From sequence record NC_028957.1: a stretch of DNA of 64,000 nucleotides, one strand, 5' to 3'. The DNA is from Escherichia phage vB_EcoM_VR26. Of the stretch, positions 9,213-18,872 are shown piece by piece. The notes beneath the pieces are model-generated. The model worked only from the letters and a program-made list of their open reading frames with translations. It was not told the origin of the DNA and searched no databases. The position numbers and the translations under genes are program-made. Position 1 is the stretch's first letter; the number at the start of each line of letters is the position of its first letter.

Positions 9213-10533
9213 AATATGCGTCGTACCTCGCTCGTGTGATTCCTACATAAGCCAACTGGCTCGCTAATGAAGCTTCAGCCATATGGATGCATGGAGTATA
9301 GATGAATGCTTTGTTTACTGAAACACCCTGTGCCTTGTGGATTGTACTGACTGGAAGAGCACGAACTTTCAAGAAGGTCCGGCGTGCTTTCCAGAAGTCT
9401 TTCCACTCTGGACGTTTACCAGCAGCTTTCATCTGTTTGTATGTATCAGCAACTTTCGCCAGATATGCCTGGAATTTTGGTTGCTGGTCTTCTGGTAAAA
9501 CTTTGATACGGTCAACCTGATATTCTTCATCTTCATCAATTGACTCAACTTCCAGGTCCCAGTAATTAATTACCAACTGGTGCGATTCCCCTTTACAACG
9601 GAGAATGGTGGAAGTGTATTTGCAATCCTTGATACGAACCAACTGACCATTATTAAAAATGGTTTCGCTGAATTTCTTACCTTCAAATTCCAGCTCTTTC
9701 ATATGTGGCTCTTGCATAACCAGGACTTCATACGGTAAAAATGCTTTATCCGTTTCATAGAGCTTGCGACGAATAATATTATTCAGTTTTTCAACTGATT
9801 TATTCGTGTACGCATACATCCTATTTTCCATCAACATATCAGCATCTTTTACATGACTGAAATAGTTTACCATGAAATCCTTTAAAGCGGTTTGTGAGGT
9901 GAAACCTTGTACACCATGACCTTCATACATGCAATCACGGAACCAACCACCATTACGAATTTCTGTCGCCACTTCAATGATAGGAGCATTGCTTCGCATG
10001 ACCTCAGTCAGATGAATCTGTTTGAACTTAGGATGCGTAAAGAATGGACTTATCTTTTGCTGTGTGCTTCCTGGGTCAACTGGCTGCAGCTGGTGCATAT
10101 CACCAATCCCAAGAATGGTACACCACTCTGGAACAGAGTTGCAAATAATCTTAAACAGAGACCCGTCATACATACTTGCTTCATCACAAATCAGAACATT
10201 ACATTTTGACATATCAGGCATTTCGCGCTGTTCAAAAATGTTTTGGTCTTCATATGTGGTCGGGTTAATCTTCAGGATGCTATGGATTGTATTCGCTGTT
10301 TGGCCAGACAATTTGGATAAAACCTTTTTTGCCTGGTGAGTTGGTGCAGCAAGCACAATTCCCAAAACTCCATTACGTACCAGGTGGTCAATGACAAATT
10401 TTGTCAGAGTAGTCTTACCTGTACCAGCTGGACCATTCAGAGTGATACATTCCCCTGAACGTCGCTGAATAGCTTGGGTGATATAATCAAAAGCTTCTTT
10501 TTGTCCTGTGTTCAAGTCTTCAAATTTAATCAT
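9205..10533 (-). CDS. dda: Dda DNA helicase (SF1B)
   Basis: 442 aa; Walker A GPAGTGKTTL; N-terminus resembles recalled T4 Dda. Confidence 0.9.
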   Translation of the reverse strand: MIKFEDLNTGQKEAFDYITQAIQRRSGECITLNGPAGTGKTTLTKFVIDHLVRNGVLGIVLAAPTHQAKKVLSKLSGQTANTIHSILKINPTTYEDQNIFEQREMPDMSKCNVLICDEASMYDGSLFKIICNSVPEWCTILGIGDMHQLQPVDPGSTQQKISPFFTHPKFKQIHLTEVMRSNAPIIEVATEIRNGGWFRDCMYEGHGVQGFTSQTALKDFMVNYFSHVKDADMLMENRMYAYTNKSVEKLNNIIRRKLYETDKAFLPYEVLVMQEPHMKELEFEGKKFSETIFNNGQLVRIKDCKYTSTILRCKGESHQLVINYWDLEVESIDEDEEYQVDRIKVLPEDQQPKFQAYLAKVADTYKQMKAAGKRPEWKDFWKARRTFLKVRALPVSTIHKAQGVSVNKAFIYTPCIHMAEASLASQLAYVGITRARYDAYYV

Positions 10534-10829
10534 GCCAATTTTACTCGCTTAACATATAAAGTATCTAAAACCAATTTCAGTTCTCTTGCACGGTCTTCTG
10601 TAGGGAACACAGTTTTGGTTTCCCGCTTATCAAACCACCATTTTCTTGGAATGTACAAAGTTTCAATACGTCCCATACTTAAATATCTTTTTGTGGTGTA
10701 TGAATAGTTGGCAAGTTCATAATCCGCGGCGAACTTTGTGGTATACAAGGTAACCTTCCCATCATACTCCAATGGATGTTCAAATCCATCCTTATCTTTG
10801 TAAACCAATACATAAGCGTAGTACATCAC
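10530..10829 (-). CDS. hypothetical protein
   Basis: 99-aa ORF, operon frame. Confidence 0.45.
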   Translation of the reverse strand: MMYYAYVLVYKDKDGFEHPLEYDGKVTLYTTKFAADYELANYSYTTKRYLSMGRIETLYIPRKWWFDKRETKTVFPTEDRARELKLVLDTLYVKRVKLA

Positions 10830-10830
10830 A

Positions 10831-11577
10831 TTAACCTCTAATCAGTTTAAAAATTGACGCGTTCAAAGGCAGACCACGTTTCAGTTTTAATTTACCAATA
10901 AAACCAATCTTCTCAAAACGCTCAAGACCTTGAATGATTTTATCATAGCAATCAAAAAGCGTTTCAGCATTAGTTAATTTCTTGGTAACTTTCCAGTCAT
11001 TACCCTTGAGCAGGACATTCAATTTAGTAAGCTCATGACCTTCTGCAATACGGGAACCATCAATGCGAGCCTTCAGAGCAACCATTTTTAATTGGTTTTC
11101 TTTTGACTGCTCTGATTTACTCATTTGGGCATAATGCTTAACGCGATTCTCACGTTTGTGCTGGATGTTCTTTATATGGTTGTATGACTTTTTAATCTGT
11201 TCCCATTTCTCTGAAGTCAGATTTAACTTTTCAATCTTCTTGGCAGATGGGCGAGCAATTTTTACAGCAACATCATCACGACGTTGTTTAAGCTCACCCA
11301 GGGACCAATCAGAACGCATGGTATTATATTTCTTTTTAACAGGAATAACATTACCCTTGATATAACCAATATCATTGTTAAAACGTTCTAATGATAACTT
11401 CTCGTCTTCAATAGAGTTATTAAATGCTTCACCGGAATAAGCACAAACTTTTTGGTCAAGAATGTTAACCAAGTAATTGAAATCTAGGTTAAAGTCCTTA
11501 CCACGGCGTTTAGCAGAAGCTTGAGTGTGTTCCAGGCGACGTTTAACTTTCAGCGTTTTGGTTTTTGATAAAGTCAT
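10831..11577 (-). CDS. hypothetical basic protein (srd position)
   Basis: 248 aa; Lys/Arg-rich; lies between dda and the ADP-ribosyltransferases where T4 has srd; no motif recognised. Confidence 0.4.
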   Translation of the reverse strand: MTLSKTKTLKVKRRLEHTQASAKRRGKDFNLDFNYLVNILDQKVCAYSGEAFNNSIEDEKLSLERFNNDIGYIKGNVIPVKKKYNTMRSDWSLGELKQRRDDVAVKIARPSAKKIEKLNLTSEKWEQIKKSYNHIKNIQHKRENRVKHYAQMSKSEQSKENQLKMVALKARIDGSRIAEGHELTKLNVLLKGNDWKVTKKLTNAETLFDCYDKIIQGLERFEKIGFIGKLKLKRGLPLNASIFKLIRG

Positions 11578-11624
11578 GATATTTTTCTCATCTTACGGAC
11601 GATTAAATAACTCAGTATGGAATC

Positions 11625-11652
11625 ATTATACACTATTCATCTTTTATGTACA
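11625..11652 (-). promoter_or_regulatory. early promoter (TGTACA, TATAAT) with CCATACTGAGTTA leader
   Basis: Upstream of 10831..11577. Confidence 0.5.
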
Positions 11653-11712
11653 CTACTTTTTCGCCTTTAACGCTTTTATTTTTACTGTGTATAATGGTTC
11701 TAAGGTCTTTGG

Positions 11713-12327
11713 TTAATTCAAAACAGTTAAATGCCAAACAGTATACAGGTCATTCAATGGGTGTTTCTCAATCAAATCTACGCGAAGCGTAGTCCCAGCG
11801 GGAAACATAAACTCATCCTCATCATTAACCAGGTGTAAGTTTGACTTCCTGGTTGCTTCTGGATATGCACCATTGAACTCTTCAGGAGGAGCACCGCAAA
11901 TCATTTTAAAGATTGCTTCCTGATAGTTATACGCATAAGGTGCATTGTTTATGCAGAAAATATTCCTTGTACCATAGAAGCTATATGATGCGAAATTTCT
12001 TGCAACCTGCCAGTCCCTGGAAAAACTCATCACACGATTGAACTCAATTGTTGCACCAACATATCTTAAATCTTCCAGGTATTCCATGGTTTTCTTTGAT
12101 ATACCACGGAACAATGCTGCAGGCGGTGCAGTGTTCAGATTGTTGCGGATAATCCTGGTTAAGTCTTCTTGAATCAGGTCGGGTTTATTTTCCATACACT
12201 GCCAGAGTACCGATTGCTCATTATCTGTATAAATGGTATCAATCTCTGCTTGACATTGGTCACGAAAAGACTCGCTAGAAGCGGCAGTATCAATAATTCC
12301 ATTCAAAACGTCATCAGTGTACAGCAT
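11713..12327 (-). CDS. ADP-ribosyltransferase (ModA/ModB family)
   Basis: R-S-E type elements (LFRGIS, SFS, acidic NDEDEF); true ATG at 12325-12327 (MLYTDD); upstream track residues are translated leader. Confidence 0.7.
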   Translation of the reverse strand: MLYTDDVLNGIIDTAASSESFRDQCQAEIDTIYTDNEQSVLWQCMENKPDLIQEDLTRIIRNNLNTAPPAALFRGISKKTMEYLEDLRYVGATIEFNRVMSFSRDWQVARNFASYSFYGTRNIFCINNAPYAYNYQEAIFKMICGAPPEEFNGAYPEATRKSNLHLVNDEDEFMFPAGTTLRVDLIEKHPLNDLYTVWHLTVLN

Positions 12328-12358
12328 TTTATTATCCTCATCAGTAGTTGATAGGAAC

Positions 12359-12387
12359 ATCTTAACATGTCTTATTATTCTTGTACA
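12359..12387 (-). promoter_or_regulatory. early promoter (TGTACA, 17 nt, TAAGAT) with ATCAACTACTGATGAGG leader
   Basis: Inside 3' end of 12375..12932; drives 11713..12327. Confidence 0.45.
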
Positions 12388-12932
12388 CAGTCAAGAACAT
12401 AATAATCACCAACAAATCCAGCATCAACTATCACGAATTTCTGGTCAACTGGAACAAACCATTCAAGCTCAGAATCAATCATGTCCATATATTCTTCACG
12501 CCTTAACGTTGCTGCCTGTGCGGAACCAGATGCAGTATTGAAGAATTCCAGCGGAACGTCAAGCGCGAGCTTACGCATCGCATCATGATAACAAAAAGCC
12601 TCGGTCTGATTTAATCTGACAATAGTCCTTGTCACATATTCCATTGCAGCAAAATCCCTGGCAATACCATAGTCTTCTGTAAAGGAAGTTATTCTTCCAA
12701 ATTCAAAAGGTTGCATTAATTCTTTTGCTTCATCTAACAACTCAATCTCTTGATGGGTAACCCCGCGATACAAGACTGTATCAGGTACAGATAACCTTGA
12801 CTTGATGATTGAGTTGACGTTTGAATGCAAGGTTTTGTCAACCTTTGATGTGCGACATTCAAACAATGAAGCTATCTCCATTTCGCTAAATTTTAACTGG
12901 TTGGGTTCGGTATCAGATTTGATGATGTTCAT
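12375..12932 (-). CDS. ADP-ribosyltransferase (ModA/ModB family)
   Basis: 185 aa; LYRGV, SFTEDYGIARDF and EEYMD motifs; paralogous to 11713..12327. Confidence 0.7.
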   Translation of the reverse strand: MNIIKSDTEPNQLKFSEMEIASLFECRTSKVDKTLHSNVNSIIKSRLSVPDTVLYRGVTHQEIELLDEAKELMQPFEFGRITSFTEDYGIARDFAAMEYVTRTIVRLNQTEAFCYHDAMRKLALDVPLEFFNTASGSAQAATLRREEYMDMIDSELEWFVPVDQKFVIVDAGFVGDYYVLDCVQE

Positions 12933-12988
12933 AATGGCCTCTCTGTTGTAAGAAAGACCATTATGTCATTAGGAGGGGAGTAAGTAAA

Positions 12989-13243
12989 CTACTTAAATAC
13001 TCCAAGTGGGACGCCGAAGATAGCGATGTCTGCGGCCATGCCAATTGGGGATTGACATGATGAGTAAGAACTTTTCGATTCTGTTGGTCGTTTGGCTTTA
13101 ATTGTCTCGGATTCAATCTTAAGCCTTTGCACACGATTAATTTTTTGTTGCTCGATTTCCTTATGAGCGTGTTTACGGTCGATATCCTGCGCCGATGTGG
13201 GAATATTTGTTAACCAGTTCATCATTTCCCCCATGGAGCCCAC
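12989..13243 (-). CDS. hypothetical protein
   Basis: 84-aa ORF. Confidence 0.35.
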   Translation of the reverse strand: MGSMGEMMNWLTNIPTSAQDIDRKHAHKEIEQQKINRVQRLKIESETIKAKRPTESKSSYSSCQSPIGMAADIAIFGVPLGVFK

Positions 13244-13397
13244 GGAGGTGGGTCGTCGTAATATGAGGCCAGGTCGCGTAGAACTTCCACTGGGAGACTA
13301 AAACCGTGCTTCTGTATAATCGCATCAAGTTCGTCAACTAGGTCCACACGGGCTTCTGTGTGAGCTTTAGGCTCTTCAAAAAGTTCAAATAAATCCA

Positions 13398-13886
13398 TTA
13401 GTAGCCACCGATAGGACCGTAACCATACATACGAGCACGTACCTTAGTATCATGCAGGGCATCTTCTGTTAAAGTAAAGCGCAAGCCGATATCAAAGTGT
13501 TCCCAAATCTGACGTTCGACTTCGGCAAGGTCTTCGGTAGTGGAAATCAGATAAGTGCGACCTCGAAGACGCTCATTGGCCATTTTATCCCTATCTTTAT
13601 AGAAAATATCTGCGGTTCCTTCGGCGTAAGGGTCTGGATGGCGATAACCTTTGATATGTAGGGCTTCAGACACGCTAAAAGGACAACCTTCGACAACATC
13701 AACGTTTTTTCTATGAAATACCTTCATCATGATGTTTTCGGGCAACTTAATATCTTTTAATCTTGTTTCCAACTCAGTAACCGAATTCGTGCCATTATAA
13801 ACCATGATAAGACAAGCTGTTGCATCGTAAGGTCGTGTTTGTCCGGCAGAATCACGGACATAGAATTCTAATTCATATACTTTCAT
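13398..13886 (-). CDS. hypothetical protein
   Basis: 162-aa ORF. Confidence 0.45.
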   Translation of the reverse strand: MKVYELEFYVRDSAGQTRPYDATACLIMVYNGTNSVTELETRLKDIKLPENIMMKVFHRKNVDVVEGCPFSVSEALHIKGYRHPDPYAEGTADIFYKDRDKMANERLRGRTYLISTTEDLAEVERQIWEHFDIGLRFTLTEDALHDTKVRARMYGYGPIGGY

Positions 13887-14028
13887 AATGTTTTCCTCTT
13901 ACCGACTAATGGACCATCAGGAACTTTATTTTCCTTGATGTACTTTTCGTTTTCTTCCATCATTTTACTGCCAATTTTCAAAAGCAAATCCAGTGCTTCT
14001 TTTGCCCGACGTTCAGCATCTTCTTGAG

Positions 14029-14223
14029 TCATGATTTATCTCCGTAGATATCACGCATCAGTTTAAGGGCTGCTCGTTCAGTCTTCTTTTCCTGCATGTC
14101 TTTAAGCCCATTAGCAGCCCATTCTTCGGCTTCACGTTGCATTTCTTCTTCGGCCCGGGCTACCCAGGAATCATCAATTCCTGGAGTAACTAACCAATCT
14201 TTAAGCCAACTTGTAATTCTCAT
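14029..14223 (-). CDS. hypothetical protein
   Basis: 64-aa ORF. Confidence 0.35.
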   Translation of the reverse strand: MRITSWLKDWLVTPGIDDSWVARAEEEMQREAEEWAANGLKDMQEKKTERAALKLMRDIYGDKS

Positions 14224-14562
14224 TTAATCACACGAGCTGGAAGACGAATCGCAGCTTCCTGAATCATAGGATGAATAAGACGAATCACCAGTCCACGAAC
14301 TAACTGCAGCCGCAGTCACCACAATCGAAGTAGTATCGATATGACTTGTACGGCGAGCATCCAGATGTTCTTTTAACTTTTTAGAATTCAACGGCAATGC
14401 ACCTACGCCAACATTACCAGCTTTTTCTGGCTGACGAATAACTTCTTCCATCATACCATCACCCATGTAAACATATTCTCTTAGTTTAACATCCGATGGC
14501 GCAATAGGAACTACACCTTCACCTGGTTTAGTCTTGAATAAATTCTTGAGCCAATTAATCAT
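14224..14562 (-). CDS. hypothetical protein, Ser-rich C-terminus
   Basis: 112-aa ORF. Confidence 0.4.
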   Translation of the reverse strand: MINWLKNLFKTKPGEGVVPIAPSDVKLREYVYMGDGMMEEVIRQPEKAGNVGVGALPLNSKKLKEHLDARRTSHIDTTSIVVTAAAVSSWTGDSSYSSYDSGSCDSSSSSCD

Positions 14563-14756
14563 AGGAAACCTCGTTTAAATTCAACTTTACCATCATCACA
14601 ACGGATTTCAATATTGAATTCTAAAGAATCATCATCGTGCATCATGAATGAATGTACGATAACCTCATCAAACACACCCAGACCATACTTAAAATGGACA
14701 TCATGAGCAATAACTTCATCTAAAGCTTTGTTTGGTTTAATCCAATGGTTTAACAT
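14559..14756 (-). CDS. hypothetical protein
   Basis: 65 aa; GAGGAG SD; extended -10 and MotA-box-like element upstream. Confidence 0.45.
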   Translation of the reverse strand: MLNHWIKPNKALDEVIAHDVHFKYGLGVFDEVIVHSFMMHDDDSLEFNIEIRCDDGKVEFKRGFL

Positions 14757-14781
14757 AGTATTCTCCTCTGTAATTGAAATA

Positions 14782-14808
14782 ATTATACCATCTCTATTAA
14801 AAGCAAAA
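14782..14808 (-). promoter_or_regulatory. middle-promoter-like element (MotA-box-like TTTGCTTTTA + extended -10 TGGTATAAT)
   Basis: TGCTT box (14801-14805) separated by 13 nt from TATAAT (14782-14787), upstream of 14559..14756. Confidence 0.4.
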
Positions 14809-14830
14809 AAGGGAACCCGAAGGTTCCCTT
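14800..14830 (-). terminator. rho-independent terminator after soc
   Basis: gggaacc-cgaa-ggttccc hairpin 3 nt after soc stop, followed by U6 on transcript. Confidence 0.6.
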
Positions 14831-14833
14831 TAA

Positions 14834-15067
14834 TTAAACAATAGCAGTCGGCGTAAACATTGCCTCGTTTTTGGTCTTCCAGTCAGCAGCATCAGTGACC
14901 ACAGTTGAGTAGGCCGCTACCGCCGAAGGGAAAGTCTGATAATGAGCATTAGCAATACGATGCGCATTAGAATAGATTTCAAACGGAACTGAAACCTCGG
15001 TACCTTTAACTTCTTTACCTTCACCAGCTGCATGCGTAAAGGTTTTGATATTAACGAAACCACCCAT
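14834..15067 (-). CDS. soc: small outer capsid protein Soc
   Basis: 77 aa; motifs VNIKTF and HYQTFPSAVAAYSTV match recalled T4 Soc; TATAAATA late promoter 30 nt upstream. Confidence 0.85.
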   Translation of the reverse strand: MGGFVNIKTFTHAAGEGKEVKGTEVSVPFEIYSNAHRIANAHYQTFPSAVAAYSTVVTDAADWKTKNEAMFTPTAIV

Positions 15068-15097
15068 AATAACTCCTTTGTTGTTTAATTACAGGTG

Positions 15098-15105
15098 TAT
15101 TTATA
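15098..15105 (-). promoter_or_regulatory. late promoter TATAAATA upstream of soc
   Basis: Plus-strand tatttata = TATAAATA on coding strand, 30 nt upstream of soc ATG; leader carries AAGGAG SD. Confidence 0.6.
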
Positions 15106-15131
15106 TCGGTTTTTATTTGTCTTTAAACAAT

Positions 15132-15818
15132 TTAAATGCCTCTAAATTCATATATTAAAAGTTTAAGTGCACTAGGGGTTGTTTCGTATTTCCCTTTAAG
15201 TGCTTTAACCACGGCAGTTGCCCCACCGGGTTTACCTAATGAAAGCCAAATCTGATAGATTTCACTTTTCAACGGTTCATGCCAATGGGCAGCGGTTCTT
15301 TGAGCTTTAGATGTGGCTTCTGATACGATTTTATTTCCACCATTTGCGTAAAACTCATTCATTGCTTCTGATTGTCTGGATTTGCGTTCAGGCCTATTTT
15401 GAGCGGTGCTTTGAGCTTCCTTCATTTTGGCTTTGGTTTTTGGTTTGTTTAAACGCAATGTTTGGGCCAACTTCATTTCGTCCGTCCATTCGTATCCTTC
15501 ACCACCCTGTCCACCGGGTAAAATATTAATACAATTTGAACCATGTTTAGAATTTAATAATGATATTATATATCTTTCATGTTCAAACATCATTTCCCGA
15601 TTCTGGTGACCTACAAACCAACGAATTTTATATTTGACCCCATATTTTTTATAGATATTCCAAAGTATTTTTCCAGAGCCAGGATATCGGTCTTTATTTG
15701 GGTCTAATACATTGGTCTCATGTTTACCACCATACCAAAAAACGCCTTTCGGCGTTTTAACTTTAATTATATAAGTTCTATAAAATTTTGCCTTAATAGC
15801 CATGGTCCTGGCGCTCAA
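15132..15818 (-). CDS. GIY-YIG homing endonuclease (SegF-like)
   Basis: 228 aa; N-terminal YIIKVKTPKGVFWYGGKH GIY-YIG-like; basic C-terminus; lies between soc and 56 where T4 has segF. Confidence 0.6.
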   Translation of the reverse strand: MSARTMAIKAKFYRTYIIKVKTPKGVFWYGGKHETNVLDPNKDRYPGSGKILWNIYKKYGVKYKIRWFVGHQNREMMFEHERYIISLLNSKHGSNCINILPGGQGGEGYEWTDEMKLAQTLRLNKPKTKAKMKEAQSTAQNRPERKSRQSEAMNEFYANGGNKIVSEATSKAQRTAAHWHEPLKSEIYQIWLSLGKPGGATAVVKALKGKYETTPSALKLLIYEFRGI

Positions 15819-16311
15819 AGTTGGCTTTATTTTTCAGATAATAAAGCTTGAATATTTCTTCTGCTGACATATTAAGACCAATAGCCATGTTGAATACAAA
15901 GTGCATAATGTCAATTAGTTCAAATTTAATTTCAAGCTGGTCTTCAGGAGACATTTCTGAAATTGGTTTAGATTGAGCTTCGGTATAACGAGCTTTCCAT
16001 TTTTTCCACACAGCAGACGCGTCTTTCTCACCTTTAGACATTTCACCGAGAGAGGTCAGAAGCTCACGGAATTCGTCATCAATACAATCTTTTTGTTCGC
16101 GCATCCAGGCAACAACATCACCCGCGGTGGACAGTTTATCTGGATGATAGCAATATTCTCGGTCATTAGCCAAACGAACCTGCAATGATTTCTGCATATC
16201 AAGCATTACTTGCAGTGGGTCTTTATCTTCGTGAATCAGAGCATTAAAATATGCTTCTTCGGCTTTGTCAACACCAGCAATCAGTTGTGAACATTCATTA
16301 AAATGTGCCAT
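15793..16311 (-). CDS. 56: dCTP pyrophosphatase (MazG-like)
   Basis: 172 aa; N-terminus MAHFNEC and overall sequence match recalled T4 gp56. Confidence 0.9.
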   Translation of the reverse strand: MAHFNECSQLIAGVDKAEEAYFNALIHEDKDPLQVMLDMQKSLQVRLANDREYCYHPDKLSTAGDVVAWMREQKDCIDDEFRELLTSLGEMSKGEKDASAVWKKWKARYTEAQSKPISEMSPEDQLEIKFELIDIMHFVFNMAIGLNMSAEEIFKLYYLKNKANFERQDHGY

Positions 16312-16393
16312 TATTTTTCCTTATCAATTCATGTTGTTTGTATGTTAATTATATCATATTGAGTTGAAGCATAAATAAAAGAAAGGAGGATGT

Positions 16394-16591
16394 ATGCTAA
16401 AACTATCTAGTCTAATTCAAGCCATTAAAGGCAGTCGTAAGCGAACGATTCTGGCCCTTTCGATACTCTGTTCAGTTCTTTTATGGAACTTCATTGTCGC
16501 CCCTATTGCATTGGCACATGGTGTTATATTACCAGTCGTCGCGCTCGAATCAGTTGTAGATGTTTCACTGGCATTAATCGGCCTTGTATAG
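16394..16591 (+). CDS. small hydrophobic membrane protein
   Basis: 65 aa; strong SD AAGGAGGA before ATG at 16394; plus strand, convergent with gene 61. Confidence 0.55.
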   Translation: MLKLSSLIQAIKGSRKRTILALSILCSVLLWNFIVAPIALAHGVILPVVALESVVDVSLALIGLV

Positions 16592-16599
16592 GTGGAACT

Positions 16600-16800
16600 A
16601 TGGGAACATTATTCTATCAGATATGGAAATTAACCAGTAAGAAAGACAAGAAGCTTATCATGGGATTTTTAGCTCTTGATATTTTCCTGTGGAACTTACT
16701 GGTTGTACCTATCGCCGCAACACAAGGGGTACACTTACCCCAGGTCACAATGGGGCATATCCATTCCATCATCGGTTACTTTACCGGAATCCCTTCCTAA
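16600..16800 (+). CDS. small hydrophobic membrane protein (paralog of 16394..16591)
   Basis: 66 aa from ATG at 16600 with AGGTGGA SD; LWNLLVVPIAATQGVHLP aligns with LWNFIVAPIALAHGVILP. Confidence 0.55.
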   Translation: MGTLFYQIWKLTSKKDKKLIMGFLALDIFLWNLLVVPIAATQGVHLPQVTMGHIHSIIGYFTGIPS

Positions 16801-17825
16801 ACTTTTGCGTACTTCGAAAGTCGCATTCTTGCCATCAACCCTTGTGCAACGTTATCAGCCATATATGATTCGATTTGTTCAGGGGTTGCCCCTTCTGATT
16901 TAACCATCTCATTTATGTCTTTTGTGTGCCACGGCGCATTATCCCAGAACATAACGGCTTCACCAGCCTCAACGAGTTTCTTCATACGTTTAATCGTATC
17001 AGGATGTCTTGGCTCGTTGTCCATTACCCATACTCTGGTTTCAGCATAAGGAACCGCTTCCAATGACAATGTGCCGCCAGTTATCGCAATGCTGTTAGGG
17101 ATAAACAAACTATCAATCGGACCTTCCATTACCCACACGCGCTTACGCTCATCAATCTTGTCTACCCCGTAGACTTTGGAAGCTTCTGGGTGAGCTTTGA
17201 TGGTGATATATTTTTGTGGTGCATCTTTGCGAAGAGCTCGTCCTTGGAAAGATTCGATTTCTTTTTTGCCGTTGAAGATAGGAATAACCAAGCGTGGTTC
17301 ATTCGTTTCATTCTTATACGTCCCAGGATTAACGGAGTTAACTAATGCAGGCCATTTGTTTGTAAACCATAGCCGGTCCCAAACACCAGCCGGAATACAC
17401 CGACTTTTTACATACTTAACTATCGGATGCGCTTCTGGTAAAGTATCGAGTCTTTCACAAAAAGCAAGCTGCTCGATAACCGGAGTTTTTTCTGGTTCTT
17501 TCGGAGTTTCGGTGACTTCATTGCGTTGTCGACCAAAGGCATTCTCCTTGTACTTCTCGACCATATATTCCCGGTGTAAATCTGGCTCAAACTCTTTTAT
17601 GTATTTGCTTATATGCGTGGAGTAGTCACAGTTAAAACACTTCACATAAACCGCACCATCTGCTGGATTGGTATACGCCCAGAATCGAGCCTTATGTGAA
17701 TCCTTCTGGGAGTCGCCACAAACTTTACATCTGCAGTTTGCCTTAAATGTGCTCCCGGTGACTTCTCTATAACGTGGTTGATACGATAAAGCTCTGACCG
17801 CAAATTCTTTATCAATATATGACAT
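16797..17825 (-). CDS. 61: DNA primase
   Basis: 342 aa; N-terminal zinc ribbon CRCKVCGD...CFNCDY; size matches T4 gp61. Confidence 0.9.
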   Translation of the reverse strand: MSYIDKEFAVRALSYQPRYREVTGSTFKANCRCKVCGDSQKDSHKARFWAYTNPADGAVYVKCFNCDYSTHISKYIKEFEPDLHREYMVEKYKENAFGRQRNEVTETPKEPEKTPVIEQLAFCERLDTLPEAHPIVKYVKSRCIPAGVWDRLWFTNKWPALVNSVNPGTYKNETNEPRLVIPIFNGKKEIESFQGRALRKDAPQKYITIKAHPEASKVYGVDKIDERKRVWVMEGPIDSLFIPNSIAITGGTLSLEAVPYAETRVWVMDNEPRHPDTIKRMKKLVEAGEAVMFWDNAPWHTKDINEMVKSEGATPEQIESYMADNVAQGLMARMRLSKYAKV

Positions 17826-18044
17826 AGTTTCCTCATTTCAATGGTCCCAGAGGACCATTATACTGTAGGTTTATCGTCTTTGTTCTTACGCTTTTTTGAT
17901 GGGATTTGTTCAGGACCTTTATTGACAACTGTCCCGGAAGTGGTACCTGTTGCGATATTAGTTGGGTTTCCGCCAGCGTCACCAGCAACCATATCTTCGT
18001 TGATAAAATCTTTGAATGTTTTCATAACACCCCCTTTCCGCTAT

Positions 18045-18236
18045 TTATACAACGAAGATGGCTTTATCACCATTTGCATCAGTCACTTCATAAGTGTCTT
18101 CATGATACAACGGAATAATCCAGGTAACACCATCATCAGCAATAACATGGATTGCTTCTTGGTCTTGCGACACGATTTCATATTCTTCAAAAATCTCGAA
18201 TACGGAAATCTTAGAGCCCGTACACATTGCACTCAT
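18045..18236 (-). CDS. hypothetical small protein
   Basis: 63-aa ORF. Confidence 0.4.
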   Translation of the reverse strand: MSAMCTGSKISVFEIFEEYEIVSQDQEAIHVIADDGVTWIIPLYHEDTYEVTDANGDKAIFVV

Positions 18237-18432
18237 ATTGTTCCCTTCTTTTAATCAGTTGGCGATGCGCCTTTTTAAGTTTACGAATCTGACGTTTAGT
18301 TGGTCGTGCAACGTAAGCTTGTGTAGTTACTCGTCCGAAAACTCCATACTTGGGAGACGGAGTATCAATGAAGACTTCCCATTGACAAGAGTAGCTATAT
18401 GTTGCTTTAGAAAATTGAGTTAAAACAAACAT
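18211..18432 (-). CDS. hypothetical basic protein
   Basis: 73-aa ORF. Confidence 0.4.
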   Translation of the reverse strand: MFVLTQFSKATYSYSCQWEVFIDTPSPKYGVFGRVTTQAYVARPTKRQIRKLKKAHRQLIKRREQYECNVYGL

Positions 18433-18433
18433 A

Positions 18434-18871
18434 TTAATCTCGCTTCATAAAGGCATTAAAAATTTGGTCGTCAACTGAATAAACGGGGTTTTCCAGAATT
18501 TTCAAAAGACTGTTTTTGATGTACTTACCAGGAATACCCATATTAACGACATCATTATTCAATTCATTGTCTGGATTGATGTCTTTAAATTCAAACCCTT
18601 CAAACTCAACCTTGTCTGGAATACCATCAGCGAAAAAATAAACCAATTGGTGCATTGTATTGCATGAAAATAATTTAGACTTGACTGCAATAAGTTCTTT
18701 CCAATGGTTTAATTCTTTGTTAAGAAGTTTATGAGCAAACGTAATTCTATCATCACTATCAACAAGAAAATAACCCAGATATTGAATCTCGTCGCTCCAA
18801 AACACCCTGTAGGCCTGTGCATTTGGATTTTTACAACGAAGTTTTTTGATAACCAAATTTCTGTTAATCAT
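18434..18871 (-). CDS. hypothetical protein
   Basis: ATG at 18869-18871 (MINRNL) with AGGTGA SD, 1 nt after sp stop; track start overlaps sp and is rejected. Confidence 0.45.
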   Translation of the reverse strand: MINRNLVIKKLRCKNPNAQAYRVFWSDEIQYLGYFLVDSDDRITFAHKLLNKELNHWKELIAVKSKLFSCNTMHQLVYFFADGIPDKVEFEGFEFKDINPDNELNNDVVNMGIPGKYIKNSLLKILENPVYSVDDQIFNAFMKRD

Positions 18872-18872
18872 T

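Noticed and set aside
18045-18236. Assignment of the 63-aa ORF next to sp as the Dmd antitoxin
   Set aside because: Position and size are suggestive but I cannot reproduce the T4 Dmd sequence with confidence, so it is left as hypothetical.
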